In this document: piece after piece, positions 1-13,950 of the stretch
Layout of the letters: each line of letters opens with the position of its first letter
How positions within the stretch are numbered: position 1 is the stretch's first letter
Source of the DNA: Obrimoposthia wandeli
Taxonomy: Eukaryota
Assembly: GCA_977020255.1 (NCBI GenBank)
Contig: CDROCS010001087.1
Location: forward strand, 744,001 to 808,000
Direction: 5' to 3'
DNA: 64,000 nucleotides
The notes under the pieces: generated by a model
Told to the model about the DNA's origin: nothing
The model's database searches: none
The model's input: the letters and a program-made list of their open reading frames with translations, nothing else
Position numbers and translations under genes: made by a program

Positions 1-251
1 AGAAGTAAAAACGCATTTGAAAAATATAATCATTTTGTAAGAAACACTGTGCCCTTCTAATGTGAGTATGATAGATTAAATGACACAGTAAATTGCAGTT
101 AACAATCAAAATATATATAACCCGATGAAAATTGACTATCTAGGTATAATTTCTATTGTATGTAAATGTTGAGCATCAATTTATTTCTTCACTTCTAAAT
201 GGGGGTGCCGAATTCGCGGTGCGTGAGTCACCATCCATCACTATAATGCAG

Positions 252-451
252 ACCCAGCGCAACCTACGTGGATACAGGCAATGTGGACTACGGGGGCTCA
301 CCATCACTGAGCAAGTCCAACTCCGTGATCGAGTCGAACAGTGCAATCATCGCCTGTCTCGTCGTCATCTTTGTCATCCTGATCATGGCCATGCTTGTCA
401 TGTTTTTCCTCATCCGCAACAAACACGTATTTACTAAGCGCCGCGACGACG
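252..451 (+). CDS. Host gene exon encoding the transmembrane helix of a single-pass membrane protein
   Basis: GC-rich island. Acceptor tgcag|252; frame reads ...SAIIACLVVIFVILIMAMLVMFFLIRNKH..RRDD(G); donor G|GTGAGG at 452 (phase 1) matches the phase of the exon at 35192. Family not recognised. Confidence 0.72.
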
Positions 452-3400
452 GTGAGGATGCTTTCCCCAATGTACACACCCTAACAGCACATCAAATGCC
501 ACACTGACTCATTTGCATTTCCCCAAGAACATAAAGAACTTGTAACATTAATTCATCTACAGTACATCGGTATTTAACCACGATTCTAAGATTTATCTTC
601 TTTTTCATTGTTAATGATAAAAAGAAAACTAAACGGAAATATTTTTATTAATCATTACATCTGTAAATAATACTTAAAAACATAGAAAAAAAATCTTGAA
701 ACTAAAATACACTTTAATTGCTATCCATGCTATAAAAGAAACATATAAATGTTCTGGATCATAATAATATAAATCGAAATATCTATTGATACAAACAAAA
801 TTCGAAAGTAACAAACCAGCAGAAGCAACCACATGATATAACAAAAGTATGAAAGAAGAAAAAGACACAATGATAGATAGAATTATTAGATGTCTCAAAA
901 AAGGAAAAAATAAACATATGATCATTTATGCCCGAGTAGCTGTCAGTGTGGTGATGGTGCCAGGTCTCTGCCCTCCACTTGATGTAAGACATTCCTCATC
1001 CAGCGAGTTAATTGATCCTTGCGAAATGCTGATCATAGAACCAGGTCCTTGTTAGGCCACAACGTACTCATGATAAATTCAAATCAACATTTCTCATAAA
1101 GTGATATTTTAATATTTTTATAAAATCCTCAAGATAAATATTTGTAATTATTATCTAAGGAATGTATACTTTAGACATTTATATATTTCACAATAAATAG
1201 ATTGTGCAGATTATAAAAGTGAACCTTAGAGAATCAAAATTGTATAATTACAAATCATTCAATTACAAAAGTTATTAGAGAAATAATCAAATATTAAGAA
1301 TCAATAACGTTTTAACCTCTAAACTTCATATATTTACTTAATATATGACTTAGAATACGAAATGTATTGTACGTTTTCATAAGGATATGTTTTATCATAT
1401 ACATAAAGTCATTATTATTTTTTAAGATAAAAACTATAAAGTGACTTATATTTTGAAACGTTTAAAAAGAGATAAAAAGAAACTACTGAAAAGTTACTGA
1501 AAGAAAAGTTAAATACACACGAGAATTGCTGAAATGGCAAAATTCACAGGAATACTCCATCCAAAATAAGAAATAGCATTCATAAACTAAGAAACGATAA
1601 AGCACAAGTTAATAGAAAAACTAATGCAAAATCAAATTACTGGCAATCATAAAGTTCAAGAAAATGCATGTTAAGATCTCTGCTGCAAATTTCTTGAAGA
1701 ATAAACATGAAAATGTATCCATTGGTGCAAAATTTTCTTAAAACTTCAAATATGTTTATTTTGAGGAATATTCCTAAAAAGTTTGGCCTAACAGGATTTT
1801 CAGAAAAAATATTCTTTTCTAAGACGATTTTCTTTTTGCTTTATGGAACTTCGTATTTGCAAAGTTGACAGTTGCATTATGGTAGCAAAACAAATCGAAT
1901 ATATAACAAAGCTGTTGGGGTGGATATGTGCAAATTTTGGATTTTATTTCAATATAAATACCTTTGAAAATATATTAAATATCAATAAATATTTGTACAA
2001 ACTTGAGATTGATATCTTTAGAAACATACCTCTAAATCAAAAGGATAATATAATATAGCAACAAGACAATACGAACTCATAAAGACTGTGAAGTTGTTGA
2101 TTATTTATTCCCGATTGTTCGATAGAAGATAATGTAAATTTTAACAATTGTTTTAATTAACATGTGAAAGGAAAAAATACAAATGAAGATTTATAGCTTC
2201 AAAACGCTTTTACGTAAAAAATGACATAATTTCTATTGTGTTTTAGAATTATTGTACTTTGTAATTTTAGTAAACTGTATACCATCCACCGAATATCACT
2301 GGCATTTCCTCCTAACGTCTTCACTTAAAATATAGTAGTAATAATGAAATTAAATCTGAAATGAGTTGGAACTTGAAAAAAAATCAATATTTTTACTGAG
2401 GAAATGTATTTGTATTAGTTAATTTGATATTGCAAATATACATATTTTAGTTAGAAAGCAGATTTAATTTATTTATTTCATCTCTCAGATATCAAATCGA
2501 ATACTGCGGATATCCAAGTCAGACATTCAGAGTATTCTTATAACAAGAAAGATAACTCCTCGGTCTACGAGGTAGGAGGCTTGAATTTCCTTTTATTGTG
2601 AAATTTGATTCCAAAAAAGTGTCTCATCAAGTGTGAAAATTATGTGAAATTATGCGTAAATATTTATCAATATTTCAAAACTAACCATTTGTCTGTAACA
2701 TCCGAAATTTTTTTCTGATAAAAATCATTTTCACTTTCTACAATATTTCTGCATACTCTCCATACTAAATTTAGAACTATTTAAAGCTGAAAAAGTTCAA
2801 ATATATTTTTTAAAACCCTTAAATATTTCTTATTTTATGTGAAAGTAGACCTTAATAACCTACATGGGGAATCAATCTGATTTGGCACCAAATTTACCCT
2901 CAAGTTTATGCTTGTTAAAGAATTTAAAAACACAATTTCAATTGAGAACCAATTTTAAATACCTCAAAAAGCATCAGTTGGAGGGTAAAACTGGTGCCAA
3001 GTTAGATCAATTCATCGTGCCAAGTTACCTTCTAAAATCTTTTTTTAGTTTTTGTCACAAGTGAATATTTTCCTTCTAAGCAAATTTCGGAGCTTTCCCT
3101 TTGAAATTAGAAACTTACTGTACATATCTTTCCGAATACATTAACGACGGACCCAGTCATAAGAAAATTAACAAAACTTCATTAAATATAGGTCTACAAC
3201 TTTAGGTCAGAATATTTATTTTAATTATAAAAAATTAATTTAAAATGAAAGACATTTCTAAATTTAACATACTCTGCATAAAACTTTAAACCTTACAAAA
3301 TGACGAATTCTAATCGAAAAAATGCAAATGTATCCTTTTTATTGAGGTCTATTGTGACATATACTCTGTTTTAAAAGGTTTTCATGCAAATATCTTAAGA

Positions 3401-4653
3401 TTGCACAGCACAACATGAACATTTCCCTCCAATGAAAGTAAACATTTAGTCATAGCAGCTTTTTTTGATCAAAAATAGTTTTAATTCACAATCACTTCCG
3501 AAACCTTTTATATTATATTATAAAGAATTTTTATACTTTTCTAATTAAACCATTATGAGATTTGTAAAGTTTCTATATCAGGTGAATAATAAATTGATTA
3601 TTATAAAATACCGATGTTTGGAGAACATTATTAGCAAGCCAGTGTTCAGTAAACTGACGCTTTTTGAAGTGTAAGCATCCTAACTAAAACTTTTTCATTG
3701 GCTAAGGAGCTCCTTAACTCTTTCTAAAGTCTGTTTCATAAATAAAATTTGCATTTCCTTAACTAATGAAAAAGTTAAGGAAACATTTAATAAACAGAAT
3801 ATTTTGTTTCACATATTTTCAAATTGTAACAAAATCGAAGTATCAAAATTATTAATATAAAATATAGTTTAACGTTTAATTTAAGGAAAAAACTAAAAAA
3901 ATCAAACTTAAAATCAAAACTTCTAAAAAATAAGCCTTAAAACTTTTTATTTTTAATATTATTGATTAATCTACAATTGGGATTTAAATCTTTCATAAAT
4001 TATGTTTATCGAATTTTTAAATACAAAATCCTAATCCTAAAATTATATTGGAACTAACCCACTTCAAATTGAATTAGTAAATAGGAAAAAACATCTGATC
4101 GAAAAGTAGATAACGTTGACTAAGTCGAAATTAATATAATTAATGTTGTTTGTATTTTTTGTGTATTCTGTTGTGATACATGATTTTTAAGTTTTGTGAT
4201 ATTTTTATTGATTTGAATACTATTTTGATTTTATAACTGCGATGTTGAAGTTTTGATTATCTTTCTCTGAGGAAGGTTTATGAATTTGAATCTTTTTAAA
4301 CGGGAAACTGAAATACTTCATTCAAATTTGTAAAAATAGAATATATCCATAACATATTGGAGAAAATAATTAATTGTTATTATAAGAACGAATGAAACAT
4401 TATATATGGTGTATTGTGTTATCCATATAGTATTATTTTAAATTAAATAAGTGTGTACTATTGTAAAAAAACATAACTCACTAAATAAACAATTAGATAA
4501 CAATATACAAAATAACTTATCTGAACAAAATCTTGTATGTTGCGTTTATGTTTGAATTGTTCTCCATATATATGATTAGTAGAAACTGTGTTCCCTAAGA
4601 TATGAAATAACAAGTGTCTTATTGTATTGTGTTGTATTTATATATGCCTAAAA

Positions 4654-5420
4654 TGGTGACCACGACGATGAAGCTTCAACATAAAGTCTTCTAAAGATCA
4701 TTCCAAATCAAAGACCATATTCTTGACTTTTCTGAAATATATTCAAAAACTCGTAATTGATTGATAATATGTAAATGAAGAGGATCGCGATAAAATTGAC
4801 ACATGCGATAGCGGAAACGTTTAGTAAAGTCTCCAGGAAGGATTAGAAGACAAATTGGATTTCATTGGGAATTTTGAGAATCTTTTATCTTACAGAAAAA
4901 CTGTTATATCAGCAGAAGAATTCATCAAGAAGATCAAGAAAATGGTTGCGAAAGTAATGAAAAACAAAATAACAACAAGATTGGCAGCGTTCTTCAATTA
5001 CTGTATAAAAAACGAAGCTATTATGAAAAAAACCCAGAGATTCAAGATGAAAAAATAAATTTGAAATGAAAATGTTTCAAAGAAGAAGACAAATCAGAAA
5101 CGAAAGAAGACTCAAGGGGTCCTCCACCAATAAGTAAGCAATGATCATTTTGATCTCAATGAAGAAACAGAAAACAAAAGAAAACGTTTACACAGTAAAT
5201 TAGCCAAGTACGTATGCTACGGTTCTCAAAGAATGAAGTTGAGGGAACAGTTTCAGCCTAGATTTAAAATATATGTAAACTCGAAATGGAGATCAAACGT
5301 GAAACGCAATCCAAAGATTCAAAGTAACAATCGCTCGTATTTTCGTTTTAAGCACCAAGCTTGTGTTATATATCATGGATGTCACAAGAGAGGACATATT
5401 CGGAGTTTTTTGTGACACAA
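4654..5420 (+). mobile_element. Ty3/gypsy LTR retrotransposon remnant (PBS plus decayed gag)
   Basis: PBS-like TGGTGACCACGACGA at 4654, similar to the PBS at 44421-44435; downstream gag-like ORF fragments ending in a degenerate CCHC knuckle (HGCHKRGHIRSF) at ~5370-5415. Confidence 0.55.
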
Positions 5421-8400
5421 ATGAAGACAGTTAGGCGATGTTTGTTTCAACAAGAGAAAGTTTGGAAATGAACATTAGCTAATTTGGATGAGGATATAAC
5501 AGAAGAACTACATACAAAAAAAATCAACATCGGAGAGAAGTTTTAAAGAAATATTAACTAAATAAGTAGCTGCTGTCAACGATTTCGATATTCTCCAGTA
5601 GTCAAGTGATGTTAAAAGTTAAGCCGGGAAATTAGCGGAGACATCAATCAGAGTACTCAATATACAATAGAAAAGGATTGTAAAAATAAATGTTTGAGAA
5701 ATAGAAAATGTAATTTTTAAATTAATACTTTATTCATTAAAAATGATAACGTTGATAATGAATTAAGTTAATTAAGTACTGTCAATTTTCAGGATAATAG
5801 TACAGATTATTTTAATGATGATAATTATAATTTTAAAAGTGAAGATTATTTATGTTTTATTAACCATATTTATGCTGTTTCTTATTGTAAAATACGCTTA
5901 TTTTTCGCAACAGAATAACTGAATTAACTGGTTTATATATATATGTATATGTGTCAAATCGCATTTCTGTATCGCACTTCCCAAAATCCTTAAGAAATGG
6001 AATTTTTTAACTAATAACACATTTCGTTATACGCAATAATAAACGATATTATTTGTCATACACTGTTATTTGCTGTGTGGGTATGGAGTAAATTTAGATT
6101 AAGTATAAAAGAGAATCAATTAAAAACTACTTTCAGTAATTGATTTGTTAGGATGTAATAATTAATAGAGAATATTCTAGGAATATTAATATGCAGTCTA
6201 AAAATTTACTCACCAGATTGAATTTCTTTTACAAAATATATGAAAATTAATTTCAATAATTGTTTTATTTGAAAACGTTCTAAATTATTTTAAGTTTCTA
6301 ATAATATATGAAAATTTAATTTAAAATAATTTTGTTTCAATTTCAGAATATCAACCAACTCAATTTTTTATTAGAATAATTATTTGAAAACTGAATTTGA
6401 AAAACCATTTTCTACAATTGTGAAGTTGATTAACGGAATTAAATGAAAAAGTGAAACAAAAGAATTAATCTGTCGATTTCTGCAGACTATTTCAACCACC
6501 ACAAACTTCAGTTTACGTTGCGAGCAGGAAATTAAATTGGATTCTGTGAAATCTTTGGGCAACAGTGGATTCTTTATTTGCTATTTTATTGAAAATTAAG
6601 ACCTACTAATACCACATCGACTTTTCTGTCGTAGCTAAATTCACATTTGCAAAGTTCATGAGCATAATTGCAAATAGAACAGCAATCGTTAGAAATTGAA
6701 ATAAAAGTTATCCTTAGGTATCCGTTTGGATTTTTATTTTAATTATTAATTGTAAGCAGTAAAAATAGAAACAAAATGGATTTTGTATTAAAAAGAATAT
6801 TTTTAAAAACTAATTTTCAACGAAGTGATATAATATACAATAAAACAAGGGTGGCAAAGTTATTGACCGGTCGATCGTTTCCACAATATGAAGTTAATAA
6901 TATTTTTTAAAAATTTTATAAATTATACCAACCAATATTTGATCATTTAAATATATTTTTTGAGATCTTATTAAGCTACTTATCATAAGTAAGCTTTGAT
7001 TTAAATTTTTAACTAACTTTAACAAATTTATAAGGGTTCTAAAAAATTCATAGAAATTGGTTGTGGAATTGGGCTTTCTGGCAATATTTTTATTTAATCT
7101 ACAACAAACTTCATATTGCTCTAAAAATATCGTATACAAAATCACACTGGTTTTTTTTGGAACAATGAAAAATATGTATTTAAAATTAACTTAGCAAGTC
7201 AAATGATTTATATTACGATTTAATGATAAATATACAAATTATGTACTTTGTAATAGTTTTAATTTACTTAAACTTTACATTTGATCTTAAATTATTTATT
7301 ATATCGAAGCTATGCAAATCATAAAAGTGTCAATGTACTCATGAAATAGTATACTAAATGTTTTGTAGCTGTCAGTTATAAGTGACATAAGTAAATGAAG
7401 GCTAATGGAAGATTTTGATATTCGATTTAATTACTTCAAAAAGATTACACAAATAGCGATGTTCTCCGCATTTTCGTTTAAAATAAATCTAGACGCATGT
7501 TATATCACTGGACTATAAATTTAATATTAAATAGAGATATTTTCCTAAGGACTCGTGCTTCAGAAAAATAATTCTGAAAGCATGTTACTCAAGTAAAATA
7601 TAAGAATGTCAAAACGCACTGTGAATATATACATTCGTGTTTCGGGACAACTTGCTTTAGGGAATCGGATTTTTCTTGAATGAATCATATAAATATTAAT
7701 AATCGTTCATGATTATCTGATTCCCACTTCCTCATTTCCTGATACTGTTTTTATCAGAGTATAAGCCTAGCTAAAAAATTGTACTTGAAACGAAAGCTCC
7801 AATATTTCATTAATTTATGTTTTCAATTTTTAATAAAAATATTATGCAAGTTTATTTTCCCTCTCCTTATTTTAAATGTCCGGAGTCAATCTCCACCCAA
7901 ATATTTTAGCCACCTCTTTTATATAGTATGTTATTCAACAAATGCATTTAAACATTTTTTAAAACTATTTATTGTATTCGTTTAACATTATTTTAGAAAA
8001 ATTTTAATCTATATTCAAGATACATTTTAAAATTCCAGTTTCCAGCTGTAACTTTAGTTTAAATTTAATTCACTAGAAAGAGGCATATAGGCTTCTGACG
8101 GAAATCTAGCTGGACGTCCCATATTTGTATTTTGTTCCGTATATTACTTCATTTATCCGGGATGTCCCTGCTAATGCTTGGCTGGAACTCTCCTTCGAAC
8201 AACTGATTGTGCATGATAAATTCAGAACAATCTTCAAAAGTAATGTAAAGTTTTTTTAAAAAATTATTGATTTGTATCTAAATTGAAATTGAAAGTAAGT
8301 TAGTCGAGAATAATTTTGCTTCAATGATTCAAAATAGTTTGATAGATAGTCAAATAGCCTTTCTAGTAGAAATTGATTCAAACCTGTTCAAACTAGGTTC

Positions 8401-8795
8401 CTGATTCCACTCGTTCTGACGCATCCTCACTATATCAACTCAAGAAAATCACTCGTTGGGCTCGTCCATATCTATTTTAATTCCGACCTCACAAGTAACA
8501 AAACACCGTATATTTAAAATATGGTTTAATGTAAATCTTTATTTGAAAAAAATAGAATATATTCAGAAATGTGACAATGATATTGATTGTTAAAATATTG
8601 TATAATGTTTTTTTTAATTATCCTAAAACACACTTCATTAAAAAGGAAATCTTTTAAAAATAAGATAAATTGTGAATATCTGTTCTTAGAAGGTGCAATT
8701 AAACTTGTTATTTAAAAAACAATTATTTGTACTTATAAACAGTTATTCGACACATTATCATCTGTAATTATTAATAATTTTAAAACTCAACCGGC

Positions 8796-9023
8796 TTAAA
8801 TGAAATAATCTGCAAATAAATAAAGATATGTATCGTGAGCCATATGAGCGGTAAAATCATCTTGTAAAACATTTATTCTTAAATGCCTGTGTTGTAACAG
8901 ATACGGTCTCCTGTGGTTGGTTAGCATATTAAGAGCTGCAACATCATCGACCTTACCAAGAAAGAAAATGGTTATCTTTATCTTTAATACTTCTCTCTCT
9001 CCAACTATGTTACCTCGAGACAT
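8796..9023 (-). mobile_element. Possible Tc1/mariner transposase fragment
   Basis: LQDDFTAHMAHDTYLYL resembles the (F)QQDNAPAH-A--T motif; short and degenerate. Confidence 0.3.
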
Positions 9024-11699
9024 GACACAGAAGTCAAATAAATTATAGTACGTTGTAAATAATTAATTATAATACATGGGATTCACCAAAAATATGCTGT
9101 GTTTCATCTGTACGGCTTATTCAGCGAAACACGGTGAATAATTATACAGTTGAACCTGCATACGCGGGAGAAAATTTCCAAGTAAAATCTTGTCATTCCC
9201 TTAAAAGAAATGAATCCAAAATTAAAAGAAATTAAAAATGGAATTATGCAAGAATACCAGGGAGACCAATTGTTTAAGATATCCATGTTATACAACATTC
9301 TAAGTCCGACGGTATAATTATATACTATTTCAAAATCCATGTAATTTTTCAAATAAGCTTTTTCTGATTTCAAAAATAAATAAAATTTTGTCATTTTGTA
9401 ATTTTACAATTATAAACAATAAATTTAATTCAAATCATATATATTACTAAACAAAAACAGTTATGAAAACTCGCACATGCTAAACAAAAATATCAATTTA
9501 ATTACAAAAATAATAAATTTAAAAGAATTTTCAAATATTATAAATCATTAATCCCTTTAGAATGGGAATATTGGGAATAATTCTAAAGTGTTTTTGTGTT
9601 TGCAAATTTTGTGTGGGACTGATAAATGTCATAGTTAAGTTGTTTAAAACTGGCAAGAAACATTCAACAAAGAACGCAGTTAAATTGTTATATAAACTTT
9701 GGTTTGTATATCATTGTATATCATGATTATTTTGGTAAAGAAGAATTGTAAAGTATTTTAGTTTCCTTGAATTAGTTTTTTGAATAAATTTCAAAAGAAT
9801 ATGCATTTATTTAACAATTTCGACATACTTTACTGCTTATAAGCCAAATGCATATAAACTTAAATCTTTTACAAGACAGGTAAGTGTCTAATGAATTACG
9901 CACAAGTCGCTCTAATAAAGGGAAAACATTGCTGAAAGTTTAAATAAAGTTAAAACTAAATAGATATTATGGATAGTGTTTCTAGCTTCCTGGTATACTC
10001 TCTTTTGAGAGACACAATGGTTTATAACTCTGGTAAAACACACGTCTAAAAATATACAAAATTTTGATAATTTAGAAGATAAGATAATTTATTCTTAAGT
10101 TTAAAACTAAGAATAGCTAATCAATGACATTGACAATATGGTAAAGACCTATGCTTTTGACGATGATAGCTAGACAGTTGATAATAAGACACTTGAAAGG
10201 GACAGGGTGATAATTTCGGCGATTATGGCGAATGTCCTAAAATTATGTTTTGCATAAAGTTATAAAAAAATATTTACAAACGTATTTCTCACAATTACGC
10301 ATCATTGGCGACTAATATCGAATACGTTTTACATGACAGAGTAACACTACGTTATACGACATTAAGAAAGGGAAAATTCATAACATACGCCGCAAACACA
10401 CGTAGAAAACGTTCTTCAGCAAAATGTCCAACACGCTCTCTTCCACTTAACTTGTTCGATTTAGTTAACCGACAGCTTATTCTAAATAGAATCAAAATCG
10501 AAGATACTGCTTTTCTTCTCATCTTTATACCATCATGCAATCTTCGAAAAATCGCCATTCGATTTCTCTTCGACAAAAGTTCCTTTGCAAATATCTGTAT
10601 AGATTTGACAAAATGGCTCAATGAACCCAATAACAGATTTTGGAGTGAATAAAACGGCAAAATCAGTATACAATGCTGCTTAGAATGAAAGAAATGCGTC
10701 ACCAAGAAGTTTTATTTGTCTCATTAGAATATACAGATGTTATTGGAACATGAATTCTCAACTAAAGATTAAACTTAATATGTCCTTAAAAAATATATAA
10801 GAAAGTAAGCTTGAATATTTACTAATATTGTAACTGAATCGGATAATTTTGTTAAAAATAGCGCATCTGATGATTTTGTCGGATAACGTTATATGCGTGT
10901 TAAACAGTATAGTTTGGCTGCTTTAAAAGAAACGTAGGGGATGAAACGAGATGTGGTATCGTATAGCAGAGATGATACGCGTCTTATTATATCAAGAGGT
11001 CAAAGCATTTTCAACACTGATTTTCACTAGAATTTTTTTTTTTGAAACGAAATTAAATGCATTTTTAAAATGTTTTCCAACAAAAAGGTGACATAAGGAC
11101 TGTTATGCTAAATATTAATAAGGTATACAAAACTTTAAAATGTTTTTTTAATGTTTTCATGATAACCCTCTGAACATCTCCTGAAATTTTAACTAATATT
11201 TGTCAAAAAATCATTTATTATTAAGGTTTGGAATTTAGAAATATGAAAAATCGGGTGAACTGGATTGCCAATCAATTGATTTTCCTACTATGTGTATTGA
11301 GACATTATAGCTGCAGCCTGACTCTCAGTTCAAAGTGACTGGAAATGTCTTAAGTTATTGTGGTAACGGTGAAATAATAAATATGATTTATCGACTGTTA
11401 CTGACGATAAATAATTTATTTTACGAGCAATCCAAGATACTTTGAGTTCAGTTTCAATCTTTAAATTGAAATTTAGTTTCTTTTTTTGCGAACTTCTTTG
11501 AAACATGCTGGAAAAAATATGTAGAAATTACTTTTCATTGTTTGCAATTTTAAAACCCGATTTAAAAAAAAGAAACGAAAAACGTGTGATATATAAATTG
11601 TCCAAATATGTAAAAAATGATATGTTTTTAAAAATGGTTTATGGTTGCAGGAGCTTATAATTTATGCAAACCAAGAGCTACATGTATTCAATGTCAATA

Positions 11700-12070
11700 T
11701 AAATTTTTTTTAGTACAGTATCAATGGGATATTTTAAGAGGTTTAAAATGTGAAATAAAATCAGAAAACATATTTTTTGAGAGGAGAGTAACGTTAACAT
11801 AAAACAGTTTTCTATGTGGAAAGATCAGCATCTTAAAATTATAATACAAGATTTTACAATGCTGATAACACTGCACTATATTGGGAAAGACTACCATCCA
11901 AAAGCCTCACAAAGAAAAGCAAATTATTACTTGGAGCAAATATAACTGGTGAAAATCTGCCACTTATATTTATTGGAAAATCAAAATGTTCAAGATCATT
12001 TTCTAAACTTCACAAAGTTCCAGTTGAATATGCAGATAGCAAATAATCGATGGATGACCAGTGTTGTTTT
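11700..12070 (+). mobile_element. Tigger/pogo transposase remnant (DDE domain)
   Basis: Frameshifted motifs FYNADNTALYW, LLGANITGE-LPLIFIGKSKC-RSF, PVEY and NNRWMTSVVF, typical of pogo/Tigger DDE_1. Confidence 0.7.
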
Positions 12071-12403
12071 TTTTATATATAAATCACACTAATTGTATAT
12101 TAATTTTCTAGTTATTATATTATGCCAAAGTTATCAGATGTAACTATTTTATCTTTACCATCAAATAGTCCTTTAGACTGTGGAATACTCAACATTTTCT
12201 GGATTTTTTCATTATTTATTGAATTTATCCCAAAATTTCTTATTTGTGCATTTGAAGCTGAAACAGAATTTCAACTAAACGTACTATATATTAGAAGATA
12301 CTAGAAAGAAAAAACATATTTAACTATTACAAAAAATTTCCTATAATAATTTAGTTAGCCCAAGATCACCTATTAAGTCATTCAACTCCTTTGGATTAGG
12401 AAA

Positions 12404-12870
12404 CTAAGGCATCCTTTCATCATTGAAAAAATCTAAATCACTGGAATAACTTTCATCTTCATCTACGCCGGAGGATTCATTTCTAACAATTTCAGGAGGA
12501 TGTGGTATAGGCAGATTATCACTATGAGGAATAAGAGCAATTGAAGAAGGAATATCAGGATACTCAATTTGTTTGGCTTTATTTCCTTTTCTATGTTTTG
12601 AGATATCAACCATGCAAAAGAAACGATCATCACCATGATGTTTTTTGTTTACGCCATACTCTGGGAATACCAAATTTCATTGCAACTTTCTTTCCTTCAT
12701 ACCAACCTAAGAAATTCAAACTGCTTATAATATGCAAAAAAATAATACCTTGTAATGTTGTTCTACAAATTTCACAGACACCATTGGAGCCCAATTCTTG
12801 TCTTGGTTGCCAACTCTCATATGGAAATAGGACTTATATACTTAACACAATTTAGGCATTGATGACAAAT
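12404..12870 (-). mobile_element. Chapaev3-type (CMC superfamily) transposase N-terminal fragment
   Basis: YFHMRVGNQDKNWAP..MKFGIPRVWR..HHGDDRFFCMVDI..YPDIPSSI..IPHSDNLPIPHPP matches the G-QDK-WAPH / PMVWREP..DCYFC / YP-LPS-..VPH..LP-P pattern I associate with Chapaev3 transposases. Confidence 0.65.
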
Positions 12871-13689
12871 TGTGCTTTCTAGAAATCTTTGTAATATAAA
12901 TTCCACAAACATAACAAAAATTGTCAGACGAATTTCGACAATCTCGAGAAGAAGCCATAGCTATCAAAGCAAAATATAGTTTAGATAAATCCAAAAAATG
13001 AAGAGATCAGATATGAATAAAATTGATTAATCAATATTTCTAAAATGTTTGATGTGAGTGTATGAACGAAATTATTTAACTACAATACAGCATGTAATGA
13101 GTTATTAATATTTAACTATTTAATTTTTTTTGTAACACAGTGTAATTAAGGATCTTGTCAGATTTCTTTTGCGGAATTCTTTAAAGTAAGACGACTATTA
13201 GAATTATTACATAATGGAACTGTTTTTATTATAATTGAACCAAGTCATGGATAATGTATTTCGTATAAATCTTATCAAAGTTCATACTATAAATTTAGAA
13301 GTGTTTTATTTATAAATAAATGTAGCATTGGTGCGTGATCTTTTAGCTTTTAACATAGAGGCCAACATAATTTATTTTTATTTAAAAAATATGCTTCATA
13401 AAATTATCAAAAGGGAATAGCAGGATTATGGTAGAAAAAGGTGGATACTATTATAATGAAATTGTGACTTCTCAAAACACACAAAGTTGCACATGTATGA
13501 AAAAAGCATTTACATATTTATATTTAACAGAGTGAATTATCTAAGTCTCTAATATAAATTTGTAAACAACTTGTTTTTTTTGTTATACCTTGATTGTCTT
13601 TTTATAGTATTTTTACTCAATATCGTCAATAATTTTCACTGTTTTTCGTTTATTATTAAATTTTAATTGTATACTTATACTGTAGATAT

Positions 13690-13950
13690 CGTCAAATATT
13701 CTTAAAACGTTCAATGGAATTTTCAGGGGATGTAATATATCTAATTTCTTAACTATCTGTATTCTTGACGTATACGTGTCATTACGAAGTACTGCTTGAA
13801 ATTTGTCTTCGATATCCCTACTTGGTCACCTAAATCGATTCATGTCACTCAATTAGAATCTATTAATCCAATTTCTGCATGTACTCAAGTTAACAGTGCT
13901 TCTTCCTAACGTGAAATCCACTTCATTCTCGATTTAAATTGGCGAGAGAG
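13690..13950 (-). mobile_element. Mariner transposase N-terminal HTH remnant
   Basis: LGRSTVNLSTCRNWINRF..AVLRNDTYTSRIQIVKKL resembles the mariner paired HTH region. Confidence 0.45.

Noticed and set aside
156-437. 93-aa ORF as a separate gene
   Set aside because: Alternative frame overlapping the TM exon; the TM frame has matching splice phases.
9104-9394. LINE C-terminal remnant (NNWSPWY)
   Set aside because: Similarity to the RP-LEY..WSP motif is too weak to call.
10305-10705. Overlapping ~115-aa ORFs on both strands
   Set aside because: No recognisable motifs or splice context; probably a decayed TE that I cannot assign.
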